Of a stretch of 64,000 nucleotides of DNA, positions 1 through 12,370 are shown piece after piece. The notes below the pieces were generated by a model, which saw only the letters and a list, made by a program, of their open reading frames with translations, made no database searches and had not been told where the DNA came from. Position numbers and translations under genes: made by a program. Within the stretch, counting starts at the first letter, position 1, and every line of letters begins with the position of its first letter. Source of the stretch: Acanthaster planci (Eukaryota); NCBI RefSeq assembly GCF_001949145.1, contig NW_019091355.1, forward strand, positions 990,083-1,054,082, in the 5' to 3' direction.

Positions 1-2882
1 CACCCTGTTCCAACGACATCTTATTCCACTGCAGAAAACATGAAATAGTCAATTCACACAGAGTACCAAATGGTCCAAGTCTGAAGACTAGGCATGAGCT
101 TAACCCTAACCCTCCTGAATCCTTCACCTGTTGGAGGATTGAGGAGGGTTAAGGTTAAGAATGTCAACCTTTTAAAGAGTTGGTCATGCAGAGGTAGTGA
201 TAGCATGACTTGTGAAGCGAATGAGATTGAATCCTTGTATTATGCTAGCTATCGCACGTTAGTTACCCAATATTTAAGCACTGTTCGACTGGTCATTTCC
301 TCTGCGCTTATCTTATATGCTCAACAACCTTTTAGTCTGGGACTCAAAACAATAAACACATGAAGAAGGACAGTATATGCCACTTACATTTGCAATTTCA
401 ATATTACCCAATAACAACTCACCAAGTTAAGTTCCTTAGTCACCTGGCAGACATAGGCGATACCACTTTACGCAAGACGGAATACAGAGCGGACTGCAAA
501 TATAAATGAAGGAATACCAGACGAAGGGATCTGGAGCAGAATACACAAACAATCCACACAGAATAGAGAACTTTGCGTTTATAATCCACAGAACGGAGAA
601 TCCTGAACAAAACTTATGAAATCCGTCAGAGGCAAGGCTTGGAGTACTCCTGATCTCCCGAGCATTGTGAGGTGTTCCGATGACGCGAAGCCGATTCCTG
701 CCAATTCTCTCCGATCGTGGGAATTCACAGGTTTCTACAAACCCCAAGGTCGGCGGCTACACCGACCTGCATACCACGTTCTCCGACTGGCGACAGTCTC
801 TGCTACCCCGGTGACAGGCTATAGGGGTTGGATAGTACAGCAGTTTGACTCTCTATCACCAAATCCACCTACACGAAAACAAGCAAAGCCAAGGAGAAAA
901 TCCCAATAATACCTTTCAGTGAATTCAACCCAAGCTGCCTGACAGGTACAGCTTGCCTTGTATATGTCTACCTATAGGAGACACCCGATGCACTGGACCG
1001 TGGACAAAACCTTTTCATACTTCCACCCGACCTGTATTGTTACTCTTTAAATACCACGTTCCCTTTCAAAGCCACCGAACCTTCATGCTACCTAAGCTCT
1101 GCTCTCAGTGGCTCCTTGTTGGTTCACTACAAACGCCAACGCAGCTCAATACCCAATAAGATTCTTCGTTTCGTGGGCCAGTTTGCGTTGGCGTAATAAA
1201 TACTTTCAGTCCTTGTATTAAGAGTACATGTAAGGCACAGTTTCTCCTGTTTTCTTGACCCCAGTTGCAAAACGCCTTACCAATGACACTCTGTATAAAG
1301 TTGTCGCTAGACACAGTAACAGTAAAGTAGTATTTGTGGTTAGTAAATGTTTGTGTTTTCTACAGTCAAAATGGAGTTTGGGCAGACAGGCGCAAGTGAA
1401 TAATACAAGTTTAGATTCCATTCTGGTTGTTATTTTGGGATGGAGCAGTTGAAAAAAAGAAACTTGTGTCTGGAACACCTACTGGACTTCATGAGAGGCC
1501 ACCGGTTTTGAGGGTGATAGGAGGAAATGATACGCACATATTGACCATTTCCTCAGAATAAATAAGGAATTCAGCCAAGTGATACTTGACCGATTTCACC
1601 CATCCTGGAGACAGAAATGTAGTTCCTGCAATTATGAAACGGGCTAACTTATCCCACTGGACTTCACAAAACGCTTAAGGGAAACCTATTGCTTGCTAAA
1701 ACGTAACCATCTTCGCTGAGGAACAAGATATTTGCAGTCACTCGCAGAAAAAAGTACAAAATACGAAAACAGCGGAATAGCTAGAGCGGCAGACAGACGA
1801 GAAAAGTGCAAAGGGAACTCACAATTTTCCAAGATTTCTGCCTGATGTGCAAAGTAAAATGTTGCTATTGTTGATTGAAGAAAGCAGGAAGCAGATAAAA
1901 GGAGTAGAAATGCTAGTAAAGGTCCTTCAACCTGAAATCTGAGCGCAGCCCCGACATTATTATTCCTGTCACCTCAAAGTAAAATTCAATGCCCGTTCTT
2001 AAGCCGAATGAAGCAACTTCTGATAGTAGTATCAAGTACCCATCTGAATACCCATTTGTTACAAAGTTTTTCCTCAGTGGATGACACGAATTCCCGAGCC
2101 AAAACGAGGCGAAAAAAATCAGAGAAAACAAGCCTGGCCTTGCACCTGTGTATACACAAAGACTGCTTTTTTATTTTCTTATTTTCTTACATTTCGTACG
2201 TCAAATCAATTAATGTCCTGAATACTTGTTCACTTCAAATGCTCTTATTATTCCACTCTTCCAAGGAGAAAAATTGAACCATTAAGAAATCTCATAGTAA
2301 CTAAAAGTACAATGTACATATCAGACATTCATCTTCCCTTTGTCAGTAGAACTGATACGTAAATTTAAAGGCTGCGCCCACCAACAGGGCGGTTGAGCAA
2401 CCATCTGGCATGGAACCGAGCTCCATTTCAAGGACATCCTTTCCTGATGTGTGTCAATCCTTACTGGGTACAAGTACTAGATTTGCTAGATTTCATCTTG
2501 CCAAGGTTCCATGGCGCATTCATTAACTACTCCTCAAGGACTTTAGGCGTGTGAAAATAAAATATTGAAGGTTGAATTATGTACACAACATATTCAGCTG
2601 TAGGTGTCCTGGTTGCAACAAAATATACACCAGTTATAATTTAATTATACGAAAGAAACAGATAAGTACACTATTCTAATGGGATGTAAAGACCAAAATT
2701 TATATTTACAATTTAAAGGGAATCATTGGTTGATGTTCTTGTCTTTGGTGATTGCCATAAGATTGCCAAATGATAAATGTTCAAGAAATTCAAACTAGAT
2801 AGGTTCCTTAAGTGAAGGTTCAAAAGAAATATGCAGGGCAAGCTGTAAAACAGAGAGGGTAGATTGTTGTGGTCAGTTTCTG

Positions 2883-3950
2883 TTATTCTTTCACACATCG
2901 ACCCCGAAGCATTGAGCGCAACACCGGCCGGAAGTGTGGGTGCTTGGTGGCATAAATGACAGGGTTGATGCTACCGCTGGCGAACAGGACCATTCCAGCG
3001 TACAGCTGGTAGCGGTTGCTATCAATAACCACCATCACACCCAGCGGCGTGAAGCACACCAGGAAGGCAAGAACCACCACGAAGAGATTCTTGGTGATCG
3101 AAAGCTGCTCATTTTTGGTGCGGGTCAGCTGGCGGGAACTCTCGGCGTGTTGGAGCGGCGGCAGACGAGGACAACTTGAGGACAAGTCCAAGTCTAAGGT
3201 CGAGGTGGACGACTTGGCTGGCGAAGTCGTCATCCTTTGCCGGACACTCTGACGGTAGTTCTTAAAGTGGCGTCGCACGTGCCGCCAGATCAGGACGTAG
3301 CAGACGACGACCACGACGAGCGGCAACGGGTAGAACACCGAGAACAAGATCTTGTCGAATGCAGGAGCTCTCTCGTGGGAGTCGATATCGGTGCAGGTTC
3401 GACTGTCGGGATCGAAGCCAAGGCTACCGACACCGGACAATGGAGGTACGACGATGGCGCACAGAGGGACGAGCCAGCAGCCCAAGACCATCAGGGTGAT
3501 CTTCTTGGGTGTGTACAGCCACTGGTAGTGGTGCATGGGCATGGTGATCAGAATGCACCTGTTCAGGGCAATGTTGGCGAGAGTGTACAGACCACAACCT
3601 ACACCAAGATAAACCAGAGCAGCCCATACCGCACACAGGGCGTCTGACTGCAACGGGTAGCCAGGCGTTGTACTCACCATGCCCGGTATGCTCCACAGAA
3701 AAGCGAGGCCCGTGAGGTAATCAGTCACACTCAGGTTGACTACGAACACGTTGGTGGCGGTTTGGAGTTTCTTGGTACGGGCCACGGCAACCAACACCAT
3801 GCTGTTACCGCCGAGTGTCACAAAAACCAGGATGGAGAAACCGACGGCACAGACGATCAGCTCGGGATAGGTGTATATCGCCTTTGGGGCTGGAGAATAG
3901 GTAGTGTCTGTGGGAAACATGGTCACCGTGCTGCTGTAATTGTCGTCCAT
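2883..3950 (-). CDS. Intronless class A (rhodopsin-like) GPCR, paralog 1; candidate chemoreceptor
   Basis: Single ORF with 7 hydrophobic segments: GN (TM1), NLSVTD (TM2), LNRC (DRY variant), CFTP (TM6), NPVIY (TM7), N-terminal NxS sequon. First ATG at 3950 (the ORF track starts at an upstream TTG). Confidence 0.93.
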   Translation of the reverse strand: MDDNYSSTVTMFPTDTTYSPAPKAIYTYPELIVCAVGFSILVFVTLGGNSMVLVAVARTKKLQTATNVFVVNLSVTDYLTGLAFLWSIPGMVSTTPGYPLQSDALCAVWAALVYLGVGCGLYTLANIALNRCILITMPMHHYQWLYTPKKITLMVLGCWLVPLCAIVVPPLSGVGSLGFDPDSRTCTDIDSHERAPAFDKILFSVFYPLPLVVVVVCYVLIWRHVRRHFKNYRQSVRQRMTTSPAKSSTSTLDLDLSSSCPRLPPLQHAESSRQLTRTKNEQLSITKNLFVVVLAFLVCFTPLGVMVVIDSNRYQLYAGMVLFASGSINPVIYATKHPHFRPVLRSMLRGRCVKE

Positions 3951-6657
3951 TTTCGATTTCAAAGTGACAGTCCTTCGAAAGTGCCTCTGGGTGCCATTAG
4001 TTTTTCTCCTACCGGAAGTGAGTCAGTGACGGCGCTGTATTCCAAAACCATGCACGAGGTGGCGCTGTTTTATAAAGCCATATGCACGCTGATGACGAGG
4101 TGTTATCTGTGTTTTTCAACACTTTTGCGAGTGTATAAACTGAACGCTTGGGACAGGGTTTGGGGATCTTGAACACTTATCAGAAATATTAAGATTTAGA
4201 AAGACACATAGCACAGAAATCGTCATTGTCCCCTCGCTTCACGGGGAGCCTCGAGCTGGGCCGAGACTGGGCGCAATTTTCTTATCAACCGAAGCCCCGT
4301 TTGTTGGAACTGAACTTCGCTGGTCCACGAACGACTAGGAAATGCACGCGTTACAGTCACATCGCTACCAACGAATGAACACTCCTGACCAATATGGCTC
4401 GTTTCAACAAATAAGGGGCGCTTCTGCTCGAGGCGGATAGGCCTCCATGGTTTGGACTCGCAATCGAGAGTTGGTCACAAGAGGAGAATAGAAAGTAGGC
4501 CTATATACCCTTGGTACTTTTGTGAAAATGATTTTTAAATAGCACTTCTAAAGAAAACTTTCTATTAAAGAAAACTTTCTCTGATTTTATTTGCTCAAAT
4601 AAATATGGAAGCACACAATCGAGCGCAGTGTCGTTTGTCCTCGGAACTCAACTATAACAAGCTAAAAAGGGCATTTTGGTTCATGCGCCATTTAGAGAAA
4701 ACAGAGAAAACGAGGGGAACCCTTGCCCTCTTTTCGTGGTGGATAAACCCTTGTTCATGCCAAACTGGCTACAAACAAAGGATACATGCATTGTTTGACA
4801 TATTGCGTTCGATTTGGATACTTCTACGTGTTATTTGCACAGATAAATTAAGAGAAAACAGGTCTTCCTCAGAGATGCTGTTTAAAAAACGATGGATGAC
4901 CTTTTAAAGGCTCTTGCTCTGCAAATAAATGTTACTGTTGTTGGTATGTCTTTCTACATGGGTCCACGCAGTCATGGTCCTGTATCTTAAGTCAAACACC
5001 CATCTCTGATTGGCCTGTCTTTCTTCGTACTTGTGTCCACACAGTGATGGTTATTTTGCACCATCCCAGGAATCCCAGGAATCCTGGGATACAGGATGTA
5101 GTGTTCTGCACGTCATCCGGCTTCAGACTTCCGTTGACGTAGTTCTTTGAAAAGTCCGACTGAAATGTTAATGATCACAATGGTATTTTCACATAGTCAA
5201 AACATCAGTAGACCAACCGGAAACTTCTTGGTCAGACATCTTGAAATAATTCAATTCAGCATCAGACCTCTAGGTTTTTTTTTTTTCAATTTTATTCCAA
5301 TACAACATATCATGGTTTTGGTAAGGGCATTTCTTTGCCTCTTTATTTCTATACTAAGCTTTATAAGCAAAACATGACGTCAGCCAAGGTACCAAAATCT
5401 GAGTGTTGCAGCTTTCTCCATCGGCAATGGATCAGAATTAGGATTTTTTGCAGTGGGAAATTTGCTCGGTAAATTGTATCATTGCTTCAGCTCATGACAG
5501 TGGGCCAGTGAGAAAGGTTTTCTTATCTCTATTTTCAGTGGGCATAATTTCACAATTTGACCAGAAAACTACAGAAATAAAAAGTGTCTCCCTATAACTA
5601 TATCACAACACCAGTGCTCAAACAGAAAATTTTGTTTCAAGATTGCACTTTTCAATAAGAATAACCAAAAACAGTCGTCGGGTAGTATTTCTTCAACTCT
5701 ACAAGGAGCAGGAAATGAAGTTGAACAGAAAACAGTCCTAAGTAAAATTCACTTCGTGGTCCGACTTTTAAAGGACAAGGCTGCTGAGATACAGAAATAA
5801 GTAGAGCTTGGTGTTTCAAAGAACTAGTTCAAAGGGTCTTTGCATAACTACTAAAGCCGTAAATACACTTTTACAAAGATTGCATTTTAGATGGAGGTTT
5901 AACACATTCACGATACATATTTTAGGTCATTGATTTGTGTGAATCGTCCTTTAAGAAATGTTTCTCGGTTTGCTTACTCATCTTGTGTTCCTCAGACGCA
6001 TTATATACCGCATTGTATACATGTCATACACTGTACACTGAAAATCGAATAGCTTTTCAAACTTAATCTCAACCAGTCTTGTAGACAAATTTGTCAAAAG
6101 TCAATTACAAGTCACTGTGTCTCAATTAGAATGTCACACAAACTAGCGGAGTTGTAGTGCTATCTACTGCTTGTTTTTTCATAGTATTATATTGCTTCTA
6201 TCATGTTTCCTGTGGTTATATGTTTGGATTTAAAATTGGCGTAACTTGTAATTGACTCATGATGTTTTAGTGAACAACGATGGCCTTGATAGAACATACT
6301 AATCGTAAACATTCACGAATTATAAAAAGTTTACAAGTTAAACTAAGCTTCATATACACCGATTGTTTTCTAAGTATTGTCTGATTACACATTGATTAAA
6401 ACAACATATTTCTCATTGACATACCAACAGAAAAGCAACTTACGTTTACCTTCTAGCTACAAGCTTAAGATATATCGTTTTTTAGTGAATAATTGTAAAA
6501 AATCCTTTACGTAATATCAACGATTAAAAATAATATGTTTGCAGATAAAATGTTTCTCCAGCACAGACTTAATGATCTCTAAGCGCAGCGCGTCAGCAAT
6601 TGATTGACTAGGGATTGCTGTTTAATACCTGTAACTCACTCATCCTGTTTTGTTAAT

Positions 6658-6683
6658 NNNNNNNNNNNNNNNNNNNNNNNNNN
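6658..6683. other. Assembly gap (26 N)
   Basis: Run of n; directly abuts the GPCR paralog 2 fragment. Confidence 1.
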
Positions 6684-6998
6684 NGTGCAGCAACGGATAG
6701 CCCGGCGTGGTGCTCACCATGCCTGGTATGCTCCATATGAACGCCAGGTATGACAATCAGACACGCTGAGATTGACCACGAACACATTGGTGTCGGTCTG
6801 GAGTTTCTTGGTCCGGGCCACGGCAACCAACACCATGCTGTTACCAGCGATTGCTAGGACTATCAGGATGGAATAACCGACTGAAAGGAAGATGAACTCA
6901 GGATAGGAGTACAAGGCCAGAGTGGACTTCAGCAAAATAGGTGAGTTTGACGAGGGAGTTGAGTCTGGCTGAAGAGTAGAGTTGATTTGGAGCTCCAT
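6684..6998 (-). pseudogene. GPCR paralog 2, 5' part only, frameshifted
   Basis: MELQINSTLQPDSTP...GNSMVLVAVARTKKLQTDTNVFVVNLSVSDC. Relative to paralog 3 (tgac-aggc-aatcag), 4 bp are missing at 6754/6755; homology continues out of frame into the gap. Confidence 0.8.
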
Positions 6999-9310
6999 GG
7001 TTGGTCAACTGATAGTCAACTGATTGATAGAGCATTTCGAAGTTGAAGTATTCAATTCCAGTCTTCTACACAATGAGTCTAATTATAGTTCAAGTTGAGT
7101 CATTTTAAGCGCTACCCGCCCTTTGATCTACTTGTAGTTCCGAGAAATTTAAAAAACATTGACATAACAGGAAAACAGTAGAATGAAATTCAGAACAGTT
7201 GCTGTTAACAGTTGTTTGATGATATTAACATTTAAATCTAACCGGACCAAGTATTCTGATTAACGTTACTGCGGTTAGTTCCCTTCCTGGATCGAGCAGT
7301 TATCTCAATCTGCGCATGTACTTAGGCTATTTTCATTGTACTTTCAAGTAATGTGGGACTGTCAAAGCTCCTCTCCATAATTTGCATTGAGATATATGAA
7401 GTAAAAAATACAAACAAAATCGAAACAGATTTCTTTAGCAATAAAAAGGTAATGTCGAAATGTGCTAACTCGCAAGTTTGTTACCATACAGGACTGGCCA
7501 AAGAACAGACGTCTGAATCGTCCCTGGAATACGAGAACACCAATGGGTACATTTAAAAAATTCAAAATTCTGTTCAACATTTCGTACACGTGAAAGTTGA
7601 CCCAATCCACCAACCAAATATTTCCTTGTTATTGTTCATCCTATTGCAAAACTTGTCCAAGGACATTTGAATTGACTTTCGATTTACTTCTGACTGGATT
7701 TGGAGGATTGATATTAAGCAAGTCATCATAATTTATCTTGGGAATCGGTGGTGGCTTTGTTGCTAGTTTTGTCTTTCAAAATAATCTCAACTTTTTCACA
7801 AGTAAGACCAAAACAAGTCACACCGGTGAATCCGTGTTCGAACAAAAGGGTGGCTTATTAGCACTTTCATTTCGCTGGTTTGGTATAATCTGCTTATGTT
7901 ATCAGTGTGTATGCTTATGTTGGGTGTCATCGTAGATTTGAAAGCTAGCACACAGTTGGTTCCCTTCAATATAGCTAAACCTTACTTTTGTATGTCTTAT
8001 TTGGCAAACTATGGTGGGTAGTCATTTCAAAAACAAGAATAAATTGCAATTTCTTTCAAATAAATCCATTATGCAGATGCTGAAATGTTATCACACACCA
8101 ATAAGTGAACGTAAATTCCGTCTGGAGAAGTGTTCTCGAAAACACGGATTCTACTTCTGTATAACCAGCACAACTATATTATGAGTTTATTTGGGGCTTA
8201 AAAGAACAATTTACCTTTTCAATTTCGACTCGGATCCAGGCCGCCAGTCGAATATTCTGCCTAACATTAAAACCCACTTGTGAACATTGCTTTCGAGGGT
8301 TTAAGAAAAACGTGTTGCGCAAAAGATCTGATGCCCAGTTTAATTACAGTGGATTTTCCACAAGAAATTTCCACATCATAGCACAGATTGTGATTTGGTA
8401 ATGTTTCTACTTCACACAATGTGAAATTACAAAGTTTCCATGTGAATTTTAAAGATAAGCCCTAAACGATGCGTTTTAAAGAATTCCGGGTTCGAATAAA
8501 AGGGTCGCTTAATAACACTTCCAATTCGCTGGTGCACGTGCATCTGCTTGCCTTGGACATCAACGTAAATGTGCCAGCTGAGCGAAGGCTGAGTTGGAAG
8601 TTTCCTGGTTCCCTTCGATATAAATCTTACCTTCAAGTCATACTTGGCAAACCGTGCTTGGTGGTCATCACAATAATAGGCAATGTCTTTCAAATTAATG
8701 GGGCAATCAACACAGCGCTATATAAATTGCCATTATTCGCTAACATGTAACACTGTACACAACCGGACCAACTAACGTTGTTACCTTTACGTTTAAACAA
8801 ACTCAAGACTTTATATATTATTGTTGCAGAAAACTGAATCATAGAGCTATTCTCAAATGCAATATCACCGAATAAAATTAATCTTCAGACTTTGATCGCG
8901 TTCTGCCCATTCTAAAGATAAATAACAGTGAACTGGACTGTGAGTTGGGTGATGCTTGCACCTCACACAATGCCAGGTTAAAAGTTCTCCATTTTATCTT
9001 ATTCTGAAGACCCACATCTTCACACCAAGGGACATACCTTGTGTTGACGTAATCTCTTTACATGTACAATGCATTCAAACTGTGCACAGGAAAGTGACAT
9101 ATTGAAACGAAACGACGTTATCATGGATGGTCTCAAGATTTGCAGACTGTCTCGAAGCTGTTTGATCGTTAATCTGTTTCATGTTTGTGATTGATAGGTG
9201 ATGGAACTTCGCAAGACAAGAGTTTTAGATGAGTTGCATTAGAAAAGAAATCAAAAATAAATCATGTTTGTTGGATTAAACTGTGGATGTGATTCAGGCT
9301 ACAGCTCCAT

Positions 9311-10441
9311 TTAGTCGTTGGAACCTCTGCATCGGATCATAGCTCGTAACACGGGCCCGAAGTGTGGATGCTTGGCGGCATAGATTACTAAATTTACTCC
9401 GCCGCTGGCAAACAGGAAAAGGGCACCGTAAAGATGGTAGCGAACTCTGTTCGTGGCCATCATCATGGCATAGGGCAAAAAGCAAACAGCAAAGGCCAAG
9501 ACGACAACGAAGAGGTTCTTAGTGATGGCGAGTTCGTCCTTCTTGATGAGGTTGTGTTGGGAGGAGCTGACAGTTGGTTGGAGGGGCACACCAGAGATTT
9601 GAGTGCCACTAGCTTCCATGTCATCACTGTTCGTATTTGGTGTTGAAGAAGACAAGCCGGACTTGTCGGAAGAGGGTTGAAGGCAGATGTTATATTGTCG
9701 ACGGTTCTTGAAATGTCGTCTGACATGTCGCCAAATAAGGAGGTACGACACGACAATGATGACACACGGTACCGGGAACCACACGGCCATCATAATGATG
9801 TCATATTCGGTGTTGGAGGGATGAATTGCAATACCAGAGCAGACACGACACTTGGGGTCAAAGCCAAGATCACCGATATCACATAATGGAGGTATGACGA
9901 TGGCGCACAGAGGGACGAGCCAGGAGCCCGAGACCATCAGGGCGATCTTCTTGGGTGTATACAGCCACTGGTAAGTCTCCTTAGGCCTGGTGATCAGAAT
10001 GTATCGGCTCAAGGCGATGTTGGCGAGGTTGTACGCACTACAGCCAAAACCTTCATAAAGAAGAGCACCCCATATCACACACAGGATGTCTGGCTGCAAC
10101 GGATAGCCCGGCGTGGTGCTCACCATGCCCGGTATGCTCCATATGAATGCGAGACATGACAGGCAATCAGACACACTCAGGTTAACGACGAACACATTGG
10201 TGACGTTCTGAAGTTTCTTGGTCCGGGCCACGGCAACCAACACCAAGCTGTTACCGGAGATTGCTAGGACTATCAGGATGGAAAAACTGACAGACAAAAA
10301 GATGAACTCGGGATAGGAGTGCACAGCCTCAGCTGATGGAAAAAGAGTTGAGTTGGATGACACAGTTGAGTTCGACAGAACACTTGGGTTTGCCAAAGGA
10401 GTTGAGTCTGGCTTAAGAGTAGAGTTGATCGGGAACTGCAT
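9311..10441 (-). CDS. Intronless class A GPCR, paralog 3
   Basis: 7TM ORF with LSRY, CFLP and NLVIY. ATG at 10441 (MQFPINSTL) aligns with the ATGs of paralogs 2 and 6. Confidence 0.92.
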   Translation of the reverse strand: MQFPINSTLKPDSTPLANPSVLSNSTVSSNSTLFPSAEAVHSYPEFIFLSVSFSILIVLAISGNSLVLVAVARTKKLQNVTNVFVVNLSVSDCLSCLAFIWSIPGMVSTTPGYPLQPDILCVIWGALLYEGFGCSAYNLANIALSRYILITRPKETYQWLYTPKKIALMVSGSWLVPLCAIVIPPLCDIGDLGFDPKCRVCSGIAIHPSNTEYDIIMMAVWFPVPCVIIVVSYLLIWRHVRRHFKNRRQYNICLQPSSDKSGLSSSTPNTNSDDMEASGTQISGVPLQPTVSSSQHNLIKKDELAITKNLFVVVLAFAVCFLPYAMMMATNRVRYHLYGALFLFASGGVNLVIYAAKHPHFGPVLRAMIRCRGSND

Positions 10442-10552
10442 GGTCTTGTCTACTGATTCTGTGTTTGTTAGACCGCTTTGCTTGAACAATCAAGTATTCT
10501 GCTCCTATCCACATTACACAACTGCAGAGTCCAATTCAAGCTGATGTGGAGG

Positions 10553-10582
10553 CATTATAAAGCGCTACCCGCCATTTGATCT
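10553..10582 (-). promoter_or_regulatory. Conserved core-promoter block (GC-box-like plus TATA-like) upstream of paralog 3, with a homolog at ~7101-7128 upstream of paralog 2
   Basis: cattataaagcgctacccgccatttgatct vs cattttaagcgctacccgccctttgatct, at similar distance (~110-140 bp) from the two ATGs. Confidence 0.55.
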
Positions 10583-10780
10583 GCTTTATTTCCGGAAAAT
10601 TTGAACGCAAATGGATAACAGGGAAAAAGGCGAGAGGAGATTACAACTGTTTTCTTTATTTAAAAAATCTAACCGGGCTAAATACATTGGATCCTGATTC
10701 AAATTACTGCGGTTACTTAAACTATGGTGAATCGAGGAATACATGTATTAGGAATGTGCGCTGGGAATGGAATTATTTTC

Positions 10781-11180
10781 CTGATACTTGCAGGGTGATA
10801 TGGGACTGTTATAAGCTTTTTTTCCCCTGATACTTGCAGGGTGATATGGGACCGCTATAAGCTTTTTGCCCCTGATACTTGGAGGGTGATATGGGACTGC
10901 TATAAGCTTTTTCCCCTGATACTTGCAGGGTGATATGGGACTGCTATAAGCTTTTTTCCCGATACTTGCAGGGTGATATGGGACTGCTATAAGCTTTTTC
11001 CCCCGGATACTTTTTAGGGTGATATGGGACTGCTATAAGCTTTTTTCCCCTGATACTTGCAGGGTGATATTGGACTGCTATAAGCTTTTTTCCCCTGATA
11101 CTTGCAGGGTGATATGGGACTGTTATAAGCTTTTTTCCCTGATACTTGCAGGGTGATATGGGACTGCTATAAGCTGTTTT
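10781..11180. repeat. Minisatellite, 9 copies of a ~45-bp unit
   Basis: Unit ctgatacttgcagggtgatatgggactgctataagcttttt(t)ccc repeated head-to-tail with no spacers. Confidence 0.97.
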
Positions 11181-12092
11181 GCATAATTTGCATTAACTCT
11201 AAGACAGCAGTGGGAGCAGAATCCGCCCTCTCTACCTTTTTGCGATATCTGTGTGTTTTGGGGGGAGCTGAAGTATTTCCAATTTGCTACAGGGGAACAT
11301 GGATGATCCCAGCCTTCTAAAAGCAAGCAAGTCCGTCTCCATAGCTAATTGTACTAATTAATCCGTAATAGACGTGCTTAAACGTTGAGTTTCGCTCACT
11401 AACGCGTACTATCAAAATTAATACTAACATGCATATACGGGTACTTTAATAAGCCATACCTATCTCCTATCTACAGGTCGTTGCAGCACATGACACATTA
11501 CGACACACGTAAAATTGCTTCCAGATCGCAGGAAGACATCTGAACAATTTATTGCTGGGGTGATCGACTAAGGTCATTCCTCCGCTTACAGCACCATTTA
11601 AAGAATGCACAGTATAAATGAATGAAGACCATGCTCTCTCCCTTTAGTCTTCTGTTGCGTAAGATATGCTTCTATTACTCCCTCAGTCCTGATTGGTAAA
11701 GTTTGATGTCTTTGATAGCATGCTGACTATTCTAAATAACAGTGAACTGGTGATGCTTGCATTTCACATAATGTCAAGTTAAAGGTTTTCCACCTTATTT
11801 TATCTGAAGACTCACATCTTCACCCCAAGGAACGTACCTTGTGTTGAAGTATTTGGTTTTACAATGCATTCAAATCATACACAGCGAAGCGAGATATTGA
11901 ACTGAAACCACGTTATCATGACTTAGTTACAAGATTTGTAGTCTCTCTTGCTGGTGTTTATTCTTGATCGCTTTCTCTTTAGCGATCGAAATTGGATGAA
12001 AGTTTTTAGATAGCTTGCAGTAAAAGCAGAAATCACAGCTGAAAAGTAAATTCTGATTTGTTGGACCTAACGGAGGATATGACTCGGGCCGT

Positions 12093-12370
12093 TTAGTCGT
12101 TGGAACCTCTGCATCGGATCACGGCTTGCAACACAGGCCCAAAGTGTGGATGCTTGGTAGCACAGGTGACTGGATCTACCCCGCCGCTGGCAAATAGGAA
12201 AAATACACCGTAAAGATGGTAACGAACAATGTTCGTCGCCATCATGATAGCGAGAGGCTTGAAGTAAACTTGCAACGAAGGCCAAGACAACAACGAAGAG
12301 GTTCTTGGTGACGGCAAGTTCGTCCTTCTTGATGAGGCTGGGTTGGGAGGAGCTGACAGATAGTTGGGGA
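12093..12370 (-). pseudogene. GPCR paralog 4, 3' fragment (ICL3-TM7), frameshifted and 5'-truncated
   Basis: Close to paralog 3 (IKKDELAVTKNLFVVVLAF...KHPHFGPVLQAVIRCRGSND*). 4-bp insertion near 12270, NPxxY degraded to DPVTC, and homology stops abruptly at ~12370. The 3' flank 11728-12092 matches 8911-9310. Confidence 0.85.

Noticed and set aside
101..113. Telomeric repeat or telomerase RNA template (TAACCCTAACCCT)
   Set aside because: Only two units, locked in a hairpin arm; no recognisable downstream pseudoknot or H/ACA domain.
2934..4172. Antisense/alternative-frame ORFs over the GPCRs (also 14735-15376, 16680-17105) and over DDIT4 (46440-46850)
   Set aside because: Expected shadows of GC3-rich coding sequence; no recognisable protein features.
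10442..10489. N-terminal extensions from TTG starts in the ORF track (also 3951-3962)
   Set aside because: Eukaryotic gene; the paralogs align at the downstream ATG.
10781..11180. CRISPR-like array
   Set aside because: Units are contiguous with no unique spacers, the context is eukaryotic and there are no cas genes; it is a minisatellite.
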